The notes: generated by a model not told the origin, from the letters alone. Positions 1 to 14,270 are shown, numbered from the stretch's first letter. The stretch: DNA of 64,000 nt from Eledone cirrhosa (GCA_964016885.1 OZ024745.1:17918001-17982000); one strand, 5' to 3'. A program made the numbers and translations.

Positions 1-307
1 TACGGCCACTACTTTAAATCCATGTAGGAGAATCCCTACCGATGCACTGAATGAGTGTGACTTTTTAGTCCAGCCAGCGACAAGTGCAGAGAGATCTCCA
101 GATAAAGCAATGCCTGTGCCGTGAAGCTTTTATAGTGAGCAAAGGCACTGCACAAAGCCATTTCCACTCTCTTAACCAAAATGATATTTACCAAAAAGAA
201 GAACATACATGCATACATGCATAATACATACATACATACATAAATAGATAGATAGACAGGTAGAAAATAGATGAGATAGACAGGCAGACAGGCAGATAGA
301 TAAATAT

Positions 308-349
<42 letters not shown>

Positions 350-582
350 TTCTTTATTAGCCACAAGGGCGCAACAAGAAAGGGGACAATACAAATACAT
401 GCCGGGGATTTTACATACAGTCGTGTAAAAAATATAAAAACAAACAATTTCAACAATCGAAATCCCCAATAGGGGGGAGGCGCCACAAATGGGTTGTTTA
501 ATACCCCGTCGATAGAACAACCCTCAACTCAAGGAGCGTGTTGTGCAAGTGCTCCTTTCTTCCTGTTGCTCTCTTCCTCAAC

Positions 583-3500
583 CTACAGGCTTATAAACAG
601 AGAAGGCCCAATCACTTGGGCCATTTTCGCTTCATTCACCCACCTTTCAGTAAATTTACTGGGGTGCAGTGCCTCTCTCTCCACCCTGATTCTCCTTCTA
701 AAGTGATACTTAAAGAATGGAATCAATTGTTGTCCGGAGAGAAAGGCATCTGTCCTCAGTCCTCTCAACCTCGTCCACCATATAACTTCTTTCACCATAG
801 CCACCGTACAGAGGAAAACCGCCTCTCTTTCGGTTTTGAAAGAGTCTGGCGGTTTGATCCTTACTATGGACTCGGCAGTCAACTGTATTTGTCCCATACG
901 CGACAGCAGTTGTTCTGCATAGTTCCACAGGTCGCTTACGCCCGGGCAGTGTACAATTGCGTGCAGAACTGTTTCAATGTCCTGCGCACATCTTGGACAC
1001 GTCCTCTTGGAAGGATCCCTGCCAGGGCGTCCGTGCCTGTAGATCTTGTCACGAACCGGTAGAGCTCCTCGGTAGCACTGCCAGGCCAGGGACCTCTGGA
1101 AGTTGTCCATAGGTCCCGGGCGGAAAGTCCTACCAAACATATTGGTGAGCTCATCGTCTTCGACGCCCAGAGTCTCTCCGAGCACGTCGTCGCCCTTGTA
1201 ACGTACAATCCCTCTATAGAATGTCGAAGTGGAGTCTCCACTGATTGCTGCGCCCGCTTGCCAGAGGACTGTGAGCGCCTGAGCGCATTCAATGTGCCAG
1301 GCGCCCATCGTTTTCGGTCTTTTCTTCATCCAGGACTGCAGCTCCGTTAGCGAGACGAGCTGTGGGAAAGCCTGTCTCACAAACGGTGCCCACACCCGTT
1401 GGGGGTCGGTGAGGAATACCTGGAGATGCCGCAGCCTCAGCGCATGTTTGCGCATCATCAGCCACGGCAGTCCCAGCCCTCCGTTGGAAGGGTGCTGACA
1501 GCAGACGGATCTCCTCACCAGCGGAGCCTGCTTCTTCCACAGAAACTGGAAGAGCATGCGTTCCATCTTGGCGAGGTGTTCACGGGGACAAGGCACGACA
1601 GTCAAGCGGTAGTAGATGACGGACGCTATGAAAGTGTTCGCCACCTCCGCTCGACCTTTCAAGGACAGTTTGCACTCTGCCCACTTCTGAGTGAGTGCAA
1701 ACACCTTTGCCGTGACCTCGTTCCAGTTTTTCTCCACCTGGAGGTCTGGACCGAACCAGACCCCGAGCAATTTCACCGGTCCGTCCGTCCAGCGTCCAAC
1801 GACGCTGTCGGCCGTCATCGGTTTGCCTCTCCACGTACCGAGTTGCAAACCGACAGACTTGTCTGGGTTTAGTTTTGCTCCCGTCAGCGTTTCGTATTCT
1901 TTCAGTATGTTGCCGATCACCCCGATTTCTGAGGTGCTCGACACCATTACTGTCACGTCGTCGGCATAAGCCGACGCCGCTTTGCGCAGTCCCGGTTCTA
2001 GGGGGATGCCCTGCAACAGCTCCAATTTCCGCAGTAGTGGCTCTAGAGTCAATACATACAGAATGGAGGAGAGAGGGCATCCCTGTCGAATGGAACGCGT
2101 GATTGCGAACGGCTCCGATAGGTAGCCGTTCACCTTGACCCTCGAGCAGATGCTGGTGTGCATCACCTCGATCCATCCTCTGAACACGGGACCGAAACCG
2201 GCCGCCTTGAGAACCGCTTCCAAGTATCGATGGTCGACCCTATCGAATGCCTTAGACTGATCCAAGTTGATCAGAGCCCCACCGAAGCCGGGTTTACTAC
2301 CCACCCTCTCTATGATGTATCGCATGAGGTGGAGGTTGTCGTGTATGGACCTGGTCGGGATTGCACACGTTTGCGCTTTCCCTACCAAGTTCTCGACGAC
2401 AAGCGCCAACCTCGTCGCTAGCACCTTGGCCAAAATCTTTAACTCTGTGTTGAGCAGAGTTATGGGCCTGAAGTTGTTAATTTCATCCCCCTTGTTCTCG
2501 TCTTTCCTGATAAGCGTTACTACGCCCTTGCCTGCAGAACTGGGAATTCTCCCGTTCTGCTGCCAATTGCAGTAGACGGCTTCAAGGACGCCAGAGAACA
2601 AGTCCGGCATGCCTATGTAAAATTCGTAGGGTAGACCATCTAGACCGGGTGACTTGCGTTTCCCGCAGCGGCCCAGAGCGTCCCGTATCTCAGTGTCTGT
2701 GATCGGTCTTTCGCAGAACTCGGCGTCCGTGTTCGAGAGACGCGGCAGGCCGTCGAGGTATGAACTAAAGTCCATTGCCCCGTTCGGCTCACCGTCGTTC
2801 TGCTCAAACAGTCGCGCAAAGTGCCGCTGAAAGGCCGCGCACATTTGCTTGGGGTCAAGTAGCACGCGTCCGTTTTGGTCTTTCAAAGACCGAATCGTGG
2901 ACTTGTTGCCACTTTTTGCCTCCGCCACTCGGGCCCAGCTGACAGCTTTCGCTCCTTCGTTTCCTAGAGCTCGTGTTTTGCTTCTGACCACGCAGCCTTC
3001 GTGTTTCGCATCGAAGAACTGGTCCAGTGCCGTTCTCGACGCTAACACTCTAGCCGCGTTGCCACTTCTAAGTGCCTCCTCTACCTTGGCTACTAGTTCT
3101 CTTTCTATTCTGTTTTTCTCTAAGGCTAACTCTCTGCTATACCCTATCGATTCTATTCTAATTGCTTTCTTGAGAGAGTACCACCATCTATTGTTGACGA
3201 TGGCTCCCGTTAACTGTTGCTTGACTAGTTTACTTATCCGTTCACTGTAAGCTTTACGTGCCGGCAACGACACGTTCAGCTTCCAGTATCCGGGACCCTG
3301 TCTATGTATTCTATCACGGTTGACTAAGCAGACGACTAACTTGTGATCTGAATAGGCAACCATGTGCATTCGTGGACAGCTTAACATATCCTTGTCCCTT
3401 TCTCTAATGAAGAACCTATCTAAATACGATCTAGATGTCCCACTGCGGTTTACCCACGTCCACTGTGGTGCAGTCGGGAAATCCAGTCGATACCTATCGG

Positions 3501-3860
3501 CCAGTTGGAATTGGCCGATTAAAGTTTTGAGGCTGTTGCACCCCGCTCTACTGGGACATGCTCCCACATAGTCCCATCGTGCATCTAGGATACCATTCAA
3601 GTCCCCCACTAAAAGTAAGGAGCGAGACGTTCCCAGAAAAGACTCTAGACGCTTAAAGAAGTCTGGCCGTGATTGCGATTGCCCGGTCGGGGCATAAACG
3701 GCCACCAGTCTGAAGGCTCCACCTCCGATACTGTTCACGTCTAGGACTACCAGTCTACCCTCCGGGTCCAAGTGTACTTGCTGTACTCCGACGTCAAGGT
3801 TCTTCCGAAACATAACAGCCACTCCACCTCCACCTCCTGGCTGACAGAGAGATGCGTAGA
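583..3860 (-). CDS. Tx1 ORF2 (AP endonuclease, reverse transcriptase, C-terminal CCHC finger); uninterrupted but missing the first ~55 APE residues
   Basis: Motifs VYAP, GDLN, SYLDR, SDH (APE); KSPGLDG, FRPITLLN, LDQSKAFDRV, RQGCPLS, YADD (RT); CPRC-x8-HAIVHC. Homology to the copy-2 APE starts abruptly at YASLCQ. Confidence 0.9.
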
Positions 3861-5237
3861 TCAACTGTGGTGTTGTTTGTATTGTTGTTTGTGTCTGTGG
3901 TTGTGTGTTGGTGTTGGTGATTGGAGTTTTGGGGGTTTTGTGGTGTCTCTTTTTTTTGTTTTTTGGATTTCCGCGGTTCTCCCTCTTCTTCACTTAAATA
4001 AGGAGAAGCAGCTTCATCCGTCGATGAATAATCATCGTCAGGTGTGTGGGGTAAGGGTATGTTGTGTGGTGGTGGTGGTGTTTCGGTATGTGTGTTTGTG
4101 GTAGTGTTTGATGGAGTGGGATGGAGTGGGGATGTGTTCTTCAGGGGTGTTGTCTCTGTTTTTTCTGTTGTTGTTGGTTGAGTGTCTGTTTGTTTTGGTG
4201 TGGTTGCTCGTTTCGTCTGTCGTTGTACTTGTGGTGGTGGTGGTGGTTGTTTTGGTGTTGGTGTTGGTAATAGCGTTTTTTTTATGATGTTGCTGTTGTG
4301 TGTTTGTGGACAAGAGGCTTTTAGGTGAGATCTGCTACCACAGCGAAAGCAGTGAAATTTTCGTCCTTCTACCGAAATGTTTATTTTGTTGTTATTATCA
4401 ATAACGACTCTTTCGGGTATTTTGGAGATTCTCTCCGGTTTCATTTGCAACAGAATCTCCAAATCGGTGCCCGCCCACCTTTGTCGAATGGATTTTCGTA
4501 TCGAAAGTATTATGTCTGTTTCTGGCTCTACGAAGCCAGCCAAGATCCACCAGATGTTAATGCTTGGAGGTATGTTTTTTATTTTTATCTTTTGTGTCCT
4601 TTTCCCCATGTATGTAGGGAAAAAGGTGCATGCTTTTGACACTATTGGTGTCACAGAGTTTTTTGGGGCCAGTGACTCGCTTTTAAACAGTACGGAAACA
4701 CTTCCGTACTGTTTTCCTCGCTGGAGAAAATCGACATTTCCTAGAATCTCCTTGAAAGAATCTTCTATATCTGACTGATTAACAAATGTCGGTTTTCTTG
4801 ACGAATTTGACACAGTCCTAAAAGTGACTGATCGGCGGTTTGTGTCTTCCTTTATTTCAAGGGGTGAGTTAATTCTAAACCCACCTCTTTCTTCGAAAGT
4901 TACACATTTTCTCCCTTGCTGGAGCATATCTCTTGCGTTGGAGATATCAAGATTTATAAAATCTTGTTTCTTGTTGACTGTGTCAGCAAAAGACATTTTC
5001 TTTTTTTGTGTAATGTTGTTGTTAATAATGATGTTATCGTTGTTGGAAATTTTATGTGTAGATGTATCTGTAGAGTTGTTGATGTCTTTTTCATGTGTAT
5101 GTATGTCAATGGGTTTTTTTGCCGTGTTTTCCCGTGTGTTATTGTCATTTTTCTCCGCTTCGGCGGTAGAAATTGTAACATTTTCAAATGTTGATATATT
5201 TTTTTTCTTTTGTGACAGTATCTATGGCAACGTCCAT
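3794..5237 (-). CDS. Tx1 ORF1 (gag-like nucleic-acid-binding protein)
   Basis: ORF 3794..4996 has the zinc knuckle CFRCGSRSHLKASC and a Pro/Thr-rich tail. The frame stays open upstream; the probable ATG at 5237 is offset by one base in an A-run near 5200. Confidence 0.75.
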
Positions 5238-5543
5238 AGCAGCAGAAGCAGATATAACGTTAATATCTGCCTCTTTCTCTCTCTTTTCACTATTAACGTT
5301 CTCCAGCGTTCTAGTGTTGCTCAAGTTTTTTTTTACTTTGTAAAATTGGATATTTTAAGACAAACTTTTAAATAAAATTTTTGCCCCTACAGGGGCGAAA
5401 AATGGGATTACCACCCAGCTGACAATTCAGCTTGGGGGTTAATCTACAAAGTGTTGTATTTTTTTCAAACAATTAGATCGGTTTTTTGCATAGAAATTAA
5501 CAAAAAACTTACCGGCGATATTCCACACGTTAGACAGAAAGAG

Positions 5544-5621
<78 letters not shown>

Positions 5622-5859
5622 CTTTCTATTTATTTGCCACCAGGGCATCAAAGATTGGGACAAATACAAGGGGGGGAGTTTACATACATTTCAAATTAGG
5701 TGTAAAAACATATAACAAATCAAATTCAACAATCGAAGTCCTCAGTAGGGAGGGGGGCGTTGACGTGGGTGGCACACACCTCCGAAAAAAATGTGCAACC
5801 CTCCTCATGAGCAAAAGAGCGGGTGCTCCCTTCCTCTCCTCCTTCTTCTCCTCTCTCAC

Positions 5860-8800
5860 CTACAGGCTGATATAGAGAGAAGGCCCATTCAGTCGGGCCA
5901 TTCTCGCCACTTTCACCCACCTTTCATGAACCTTGCTGGGGTAGAGCAACTCACTCTCCATTCTGATCCTTCTTCTAAAATGTTACTTGAAAAAAAGGAC
6001 CAGTTGTTGGCCGGAGAGAAAAGTGTCTGACCTCAGCCCTTTCAACCTCGTCCACCATACAAACCTCTTTCGCCATAGCTATCACACAGAGGAAAACCGC
6101 CTCTCATTCGTTTTTGAAGTGGGGAGGCGGTTTGATCGTGACAATATACTCGGTGGTCAACCGGATTGGTCCCACCCGCGACAGTAGTCGTTCCACATAA
6201 CCCCACAGGTCAGCAACGCCCGGGCAGTGTACGACGTGTGCGCAACGGTTTCCTCGTCGCGCACGCATCTCGGGCAGATCTTCTTCGAGGGGTCCCTACC
6301 CGGGTGCCCGTGTCTGTAGAGCTTGTCCCGAACGGGTAGAGCTCCTCGGTAGCACTGCCAAGCCAGGGACTTTTGGGAGTTGTCCATCGGTCCCGGGCCA
6401 AACGTCCTACCAAACAGACTGGCTAGCTCGTCTTCCTCCATGCCCAGAGACTCTCCGAGAGCGTCGTCGCACTTGCTGCGCACCAACCCTCTATAGATTG
6501 TTGAGGTTGAGTCGCCACTGATTGCTGGATCCATTTGCCCGAGGGCCGTGAGCGCCTGGGCACATTCAATGTGCCAGTCACCCACTTTTCTCGGTCTTTG
6601 CTTGACCCAGGATTACAGCTCGGTGAGTGAGACGAGTCTCGGAAAGGCTTGCCTCACAAAAGGGGCCCACACCGGCTCTCCGGTCAGGAATACCTAGAGG
6701 TGCCGTAGCCTTAATGCGTGTCTACGCATCGTTAGCCACGGCATCCACAGCCCTCTGTTCGAAGGGTGTTGACAGCAGATATTTCTTCTCACCAAAGGGG
6801 GCCGCTTCTTCCAAAGGAATCGGAAGAGCGCGCGCTCCATTTTGGCGAGCGTTTTCGCTGGGCAAGGCGGTAGTAAATGACGGACGCTATATAAGTGTTC
6901 GCCACCTCCGCTTGACCTTTCAGTGATAATTTGCACTCGGATCACTTCTGGGCGAGTGCAAACACCCTGCCCGTTACCTCGTCCTAGTTTTTCTCCATCT
7001 GGAGGTCCGGTCCAAACCAGACCCGAGCAGCTTCACCGGTCCCTCCGTCCAGCGTCCGACGACGCCGTCGGAGGGCATCGGTTTGCCTCTCCACGTTCCG
7101 AGTTGCAAACCGACGGACTTGTCCCGGTTCTTCTTGGCTCCTGTAAACCTTTCGTATTCCTCCAGTAATGTGCCGATCTGCCCGATTTCCGAGGCGCACG
7201 ACACCATTACTGACACGTCATCGCTGTAGGCCGACACCGCTTTCCGCAATCCCGGTTCCAACGGGGTTCCCTGCAACAGCTCCAACTTTCGCAGTAGTGG
7301 CTCGAGAGCCAGCACATACAGAAGGGAGAAAAGAGGGCATCCTTGTCGGATGGATCGCGCGATTTGGGACGGCTCCGAGAGGTAGCCTTCACCTTGACCC
7401 TCGAGCAGGTGTTGCAATCCAGGCCCTGAAAACGGGTCCGAAGCCTGCCGCTGCGAGCACCGCATCCAGGTACCGATGGTCGACTCTATCGAACGCCTTA
7501 GATTGATCCAAGTTGATCAGAGCCCCACCAAAGCCGGGTCGTTCCCTACCCTCTCTACAATGTATCGCATGAGGTGGAGGTTGTCGTGCATGGACCTGGA
7601 CGGGACTGCGCATACCTTTACTTCTGCCTCCAGGTTCCCGACGACAAGCGCCAACATCTTGGCTAGCACCTTGGCCAAAAGCTTAAACTCTCTGTTTAGC
7701 AGGGTTATGGGCCTGAAGCTATCTATGTCATCCCGCTTGGTCTCGTCCTTCCTCACCAGCGTAACTACGCCCTTGGTCACAGAACTGGGAATATTCCCCT
7801 TCTGTTGCCAGTTGCAGTAGACCACCTCGATGAGATCGGATAACAAGTCCGGCATCGCTACATAAAGTTCGTATGGTAGACCATGAGACCGGGAGATTTG
7901 CTTTTGCCGCATTGGCTCAGCACTCCCCCTATTTCAGCGGCTGAAATCGGCCTTTCGCAGGACTTCGCCTCCCCGTCCGAGAGCCGCGGCAGACCGTCGA
8001 GGTATGGACCGAAATCCATGGACTCACCCGGCCCGCCGCCCCTCCCGAACAGTCGTGCAAAGCTCCGTTGAAAGGCCACGCACATCCACTCAGGTTCAAG
8101 GATCACGCGTCCATCCTGGTCCTTCAAAGACCCAATCGTAGACTTGTTTCCACTTTTTGCCTGTCACTCGGGCCCAGCTAACAGCTTTGGCTCCCTCGTT
8201 ACCCAGAGCACCTATTTTACTCCTGACAACGCAGCCCTCGTGCTTCGCGTCAAAGAACTGGTCTAGGGCCGTTCTTGACGCCAGCACGCCGGCCACGTTG
8301 CCACTCCTAATCGCCTCTTCTACTCTATCTATCAATTTTCAGTTCTATCCCTATCTGATGCTAATCCCTGACTAAAACCTATCGATTCTATTCTAATTTC
8401 TCTCTGGAGAGAGCCCCACCACCTGCTGTTGAAAATTTCCCCCGTCAACCGCTGCTTGACTAGAGTGCTAATCCGTTTACTGTAAGATTGTTTGTCGGTA
8501 AGGACAAGTTTAGCTTCCAGTAACCGGGTCCTTGACTATGGGTTCTATCAAGGTTTACCACTCCGTTCACCAACTTGTGAACCGGATAGTCAACCATGAA
8601 CATTCGTGGACAGCTTAATATGTCCCTATCCTTATTTCTAACTATGAACCTATCTAGGAACGACTTAGATGTTCCGTTGCGATTAGTCCACAGCCACAGT
8701 GGCACAGTCGGAAAATCTAGTCGATATCTATTGGCCAGATCAAATCGGCCGATTAACCGTTTGAGGCTGTTACACCCCCCTTTATCGGGACATGCCCCTA

Positions 8801-9257
8801 CATAGTCCCAACGTGCATCCAGGATACCATTCCAGTCCCTCACTAAAAGCAAAGAGCGAGACGTTCCCAGAAAAGTCTCTAGGCGCTGGAAGAAGTCCGG
8901 TCGCGGTGTCCCAGATGGGGCATACGCTGCCACCAGCCTGAAGGCTCCGCCTTCACTACTGACGACATCTAGAACGACCAGTCGACCCTCCGGGTCCAGG
9001 TCTACCTTCCGTGTTGCGAGGCACAGGTGTTTTGGCAGCAGAACGACCACCCCGCCCCCACCGCCCTGCTGACAGAGAGATGCATAGGTCTCAAAGTCGT
9101 CGAAGATGGGGGCCAGTTGGTGCTCGCTGCTGATCCTGGACTCACAAATAGCTATCACATCCATTCTGTGCGACCTGAGGTCATTTAAGAGTTTGCCCTG
9201 CTTCCAGGTCATACCCAGGCCGCGCACATTTAAACATCCAACTCTTATAACAGCCAT
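5860..9257 (-). pseudogene. Tx1 ORF2 pseudogene (APE-RT-CCHC) with multiple frameshifts
   Basis: Collinear ORF fragments 8460-9257, 8096-8335, 7858-8127, 7517-7912, 7389-7613, 6974-7465, 6694-6945 and 6157-6585 all align with copy-1 ORF2. Confidence 0.9.
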
Positions 9258-9289
9258 GTTGGTGGTGAAGAGTCTAGAGTGGAGAAAAA

Positions 9290-11126
9290 AGAAGACACCT
9301 ACCTGTCCTTCTCCTGGGGACCAGGCTGCACAATTTCCATGGGGGTGTCGGCGCGGTTGTTTGGTGTGTGGGGGATGGGGGGATCAGTGTGTGGTGGGGT
9401 GGGGGTGTTTGGTGGGGGAGGGGTGTCTGGGGTGGTGGTGGGGAAATATTTCAAGAGGACGTGGTTGCTAAGTCTAGTACAGGGGTGCCCCACGTCCTCG
9501 GGAAAGTTCTGTTTGAGCATTGCGTAGGTGTCCCTTGGGACCCTAATCATTTTTAAATGCGGTTTAGTCGCCGCGTTGGTGAACATTTTCCCTTCGGTTT
9601 CTACCGAAGGGTCTTTGTCTATTGTTTTCACAATTGTTTTGTTGTTTATGTTGATGTTTGTATCCTGTTTTTGTTGTGTTCTGTTTGTTTTTGTTTGTTG
9701 TTCTTGTGTGTGTTTGCGTTTTGTAGTATGTGTTATGTTTTTGGGAGGGGGGGGGGTTGTGCTGGTGGTTGTGTGTTTGTTGCATTTTTGTTAATGTGGT
9801 GCCTTCTTTTGTTTCTTTTTGTCGGTTGAAAGGGTTCTCCCTCGTCGTCACTGGGTGAGGTTGATAAGGGGTCCTCGTCCGTGTTGTTGGGGAGGGGTAT
9901 ATTTGGGGGTTTTGTTGTGGTTGCTTTTGTATTTGTTTTAGGTGGGGAGGGCTTGGGTGGGACAGTGTCTTGTGTTGTTATTCGTTCGTGTTGTTGTGGT
10001 TGTTGTTGTGGTGGTGGTCGTGGTGTTGGTGGTGGTCGTGGTGGTGTTGGTTGTGTTGTTGTGTGTGGGATGGGCAGAGCGTCTTTCTTTTTTTGTTGGG
10101 GTGGGGCGGGGGGAATTTAAAAGGGGACAGGAAGCCCTCAGGTGACCACTTCTTGAACAGTGGTAGCATGCAGGCCGCCTGCCCTCAACAGAGATGTTTA
10201 TGAAGGCGACTCCAACCAGGGACACACGCTGCGGTATTCTTTCTATCTGTTCTGGTCTCATTTGAACCAGAACCTCAAGGATATTGCCGCCGAATACGCC
10301 CCCGGTGGATTCGTCTATCGAAAGGATTGTGTCCTGATCTTCTAAGAATCCTGTTAGCACCCACCAAATGCTCGCATCTGGCCTGATGCCCGAGATTCTT
10401 ATCTTTTGAGTTCTTTTCCCCCAATATGTGGGGAAACAGGTGTATGTTTGGATACAATTGGCGACACAGAATATTTCCGTGCCACCAATTCATCTTGCAT
10501 TAAAACAGATATGCCTCCATACAGTTTCCCTTTCTGTATGAAAGCGATATCCTTCCAGGCACTACTTAGGACCACAATTTCGCTTTGAGACAATTGAGCC
10601 GGTTTCCTAGTCGTGTTCGAAACTGCCCTAAAGATTACGGTCCTGATGATTGTGTCCCTTCTAATTTCTTCGGGGGAGGTACTTGTGAATTCCCCACCTT
10701 CCCCAAAAGTTACACAATTCCTTGCTTCTTTCAGCAATTTCTTGGCATTCGAGATGTCCAGTGCTTTGTATGTCTGCGTTTCTCGGACCGCCTGTGCGAA
10801 GGAGACTGCAGCTGTGGGTCCGTTTTCTTTCGTGTTGTTATCATTGTTGTTGTTATTCGTGTTGGCTTGCTTTTTTCGTTTGCTGGTGTTGTCATTATTG
10901 CTGTTGTTGATTGTGCTGTTATTGTCATTGTTGCTGTTGTTGGTTGTGTTGTTATTGTCATTGTTGTTCTTGTTTGTGTAATTGTTACTTTTGGGGTTTT
11001 CACCCATTTCCACAATTCTTTTTTATTCCGTGGTGTCTTTTGCGGGAGTGAGGAGGGAAGGCTTACAGCGTTGTGCTGCTACCCTCTCTCTATCACTTTC
11101 CGGGGGGGGGGGGGACATGCGTCATA
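9290..11126 (-). pseudogene. Tx1 ORF1 pseudogene
   Basis: SFAQAV...LDISNAK...CVTF matches copy-1 SFADTV...LDISNAR...CVTF; INISVEGR-x3-C-x2-C-x4-H-x4-C knuckle present. Confidence 0.8.
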
Positions 11127-13239
11127 TTAATGGCGTCTATTGTCACTAAACGACTTTTTATCGACAACTTATAACTATCAAATTTCGCCCCAAAAAGGGG
11201 CGAAATTTATTTTACCCAACGTCTGCAGGCCCAGGCGAGGGGTTAAACACAACAAATAACAAGTTACTTAAACAAACCTACCGTTTCTCGTAATAAATTC
11301 CGACAAAATGCAGGAGCGAAACAAAACACGTCTATCTTCTCCGAGATAGATAGATAGATAGGTAGATAGGTAGATAGATAGATGTACATGCATTAATACA
11401 TACATACATATGTACAAACAGATAACGATAATAGTTTTAAATTAATTCCGCTGGGAATGAAGTATATTTAGTCTTTGCAGAAGACAATATTGAAAAGTGA
11501 CAATACGAAGATCGTTAAACTATTTTGAATACTTATACGTCTTCTCCTTTATATTCTATCACATTCTAACACTAGGTAGCTATCTTTCTCCCCCTCCTCT
11601 CTTATATCGACATCTACGTCTTTATCTTTCCTCTCCCTAACTCTGTCGTCTCTTATTCAATGTCTCAGCTGTATGATTTACTGCATTATACTTAATATTG
11701 TACAGTCCGAGATAATTTTGCAGCTGGAATATAATCAAAATTTGGTGGAAATCCAAATTAGAAAATTCATGAGGAGAGCTTCTCAAATTATGTAGACGAA
11801 ACTAGTTTCTATTTTGAAATATAAAGATATATCCATCATTTTCTGTCCTTCTGTTATATGATATTTCTAATTTAAGGAACGTATACCAGGAAGACAATTA
11901 GAGATTGTATTTATATATTATCATTCGACTCAATCGACAGAGAATAGGAGGTGATTGAAGCAGAATTTACAAATGTGAAGGAAGTCAATATTATGACTAT
12001 TAAAATATACTTTTAATTCCCTCTGTTCAAGTAGGAGAAAGATGGGTGGCCAGCGTGTGGGGCCCCATTTACTTATAATAGTGAGAGATGATTAGAGCCA
12101 GAGAGACGGATACAGTGAGTGAAAGTGAGAGAACCTCAGCACATATTTATTTAATAGTTGATCGCAGGTGACAGCAAGTATAACTACCTATACATATGTG
12201 CGTGTGTGTTAATCTCCACTACACCTAACCAAACATTACACTATTTCTCTAATAGAACAGTTGACTTTCAATGTGCAAATGATTGGAAATTCTTATACTT
12301 CAATGTAATAGAAGTGATTCAACAAGTAAAAGAATTAATCCAAGTTTAAATAGTTAAATGAAGTTTGAAAGCATTGATATATACGATGATATTTATCATA
12401 TATATTATTGTTATATCGACTGTTTTCTCATTAGTGATATCCACTTTCCTACTCATTCACTGTGTTAATTGTTGCCTTGTATCGTCAGTAATAACTAAGA
12501 TATGGAAAAGATAGCAGTAAAGATCCATTTAATATATTACTTAACAGTATATATTCTTATGTTACTGAGTTTGTGTTTGGATAGTGCCATCTGAATTATG
12601 TATTACTCTTGAGATGAAGGTACATATACCACTATTTTGATGAATTTCTACTCCTTGTGCTAAGTACAATTTCATTAACAGAATATCCTCAATTTATTGT
12701 CTCCTCAAAGTAAAATGTAACTGTTACTTAGATGATGTTTAGCAACTAAATAATTGTACCATTTAGTTGGAAATTATATAATGATTATAATTTCCTTGAA
12801 TATGTTAAAGTATATAGAAAACTTTATATTACAACTAATTAAATATAAATTTTATATATTCTTAGTAAAATATGTGTCACCTCCCAGGATTCCGTCTCCA
12901 GCAAATGCTATTTTATAATGCATGCGTTTTACAGAGTAACAAGATCAATAGTTATTTGATATTATGTATAATACACTGTCTTGGGCTTGATGATGAATTC
13001 TATCTGGATTGGCTTGAATTCTATCTATGTAGCTTTAACGAATCGCATCGGGAGCGGACTTTGATATTCCGGATGCAACAACTTTAATTATCTTGGGAAA
13101 TGCATGTCACATTCTCTGACTACTTGTAATGCGTCATGCCTTAAGCATACGTTATAAATTATGCCGTTATGATTATATTTAGTTATATTTCTTTCAATTG
13201 TCACGAACATATATATATATATATATATAAATATACATA

Positions 13240-13285
<46 letters not shown>

Positions 13286-13296
13286 CAAACACACAA

Positions 13297-13367
<71 letters not shown>

Positions 13368-13870
13368 CCCACACACACACATATATATATATATCATTTT
13401 TGCATCATTAAATATACTGAATTTATTTGCCAGAATTTGGGGTTTTCTCCCCTGTAGAGTTACACATGTGCTTTCAAAAAACTGAGCGATTCAGAACGCT
13501 GGCATAGAACAAATTACCTGTTGAGAAAGTGACATCCTTGTTCGATCATTATAACAAAGGCTTATTTCTTTTAAGCAGACGGTATTATTGATTTAGGTGT
13601 CGCAGAAACACTGTACTCGATTATACCATCATTTCCATGGGGTCCGGGTAAATTTTCTTTCATATTTTGTTTGACCCGCTAAACTTGCTTCTTCTTTTTT
13701 GGTTTAGGTAGTTTATAGCTTATTAACCGCCGTCTCAGTGTGTATGGCATTTATAACATATATTTATTGCTCTGGTCTTTTTTGGTCCATGGAGCGCTTG
13801 CCACACAAATCGGAAATTGAGTTTGGGTTTGCTTATTTCTACCAGCCGAAATACGATTCTCGCTGAATTT

Positions 13871-13996
<126 letters not shown>

Positions 13997-14063
13997 GGAA
14001 CAAAACTCTAGTAAGTGAACATCGTTAATTTTTCTCCCTCATATCAAGAATTTGAAGACAATT

Positions 14064-14150
14064 CATTTTCACCTGACGAGATCAGTGATAATCGATCATG
14101 GCCGCACGATCGATCTATCTCTTATTGAAACATGTGTCGTGATTAAAATG
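14064..14150 (+). ncRNA. Type I hammerhead ribozyme motif with long stem II
   Basis: tcac-CTGACGA-(stem II containing atcgatc..gatcgat)-GAAA-catgtg-TC-gtga; stem I extends via catttt/aaaatg. Confidence 0.7.
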
Positions 14151-14179
14151 ATTGGAAATTTATACCATGCCTTCGGATC

Positions 14180-14218
<39 letters not shown>

Positions 14219-14270
14219 ATCCGAAGGCATGGTATACACACAGAGCTGGCATATGTAAGAACTGACACTA

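Larger units (their letters stand above)
350..5541 (-). mobile_element. Tx1-clade (L1 group) non-LTR retrotransposon, copy 1, near full length, inserted in (GATA)n
   Basis: ORF1 with CCHC knuckle and ORF2 with APE-RT-CCHC. 3' end lies a few nt after AATAAA (minus strand) and runs into (TCTA)n. (GATA)n tracts flank both ends (~243-349, 5543-5620). Confidence 0.92.
5621..11344 (-). mobile_element. Tx1-clade retrotransposon, copy 2 (diverged subfamily), full length but frameshifted, head-to-tail with copy 1
   Basis: ORF1 pieces 10399-11013 and 9938-10360 (CYHCSRSGHLRASC). ORF2 pieces from MAVIRVGCLNVRGL (9257) to ~5860 include RPITLLN, KAFDRV, YSDD, CPRC. (GATA)n at both ends. Confidence 0.92.

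Noticed and set aside
494-11130. Plus-strand and alternative-frame ORFs overlapping the Tx1 elements
   Set aside because: Shadows of the GC-rich retrotransposon coding strand; no independent motifs.
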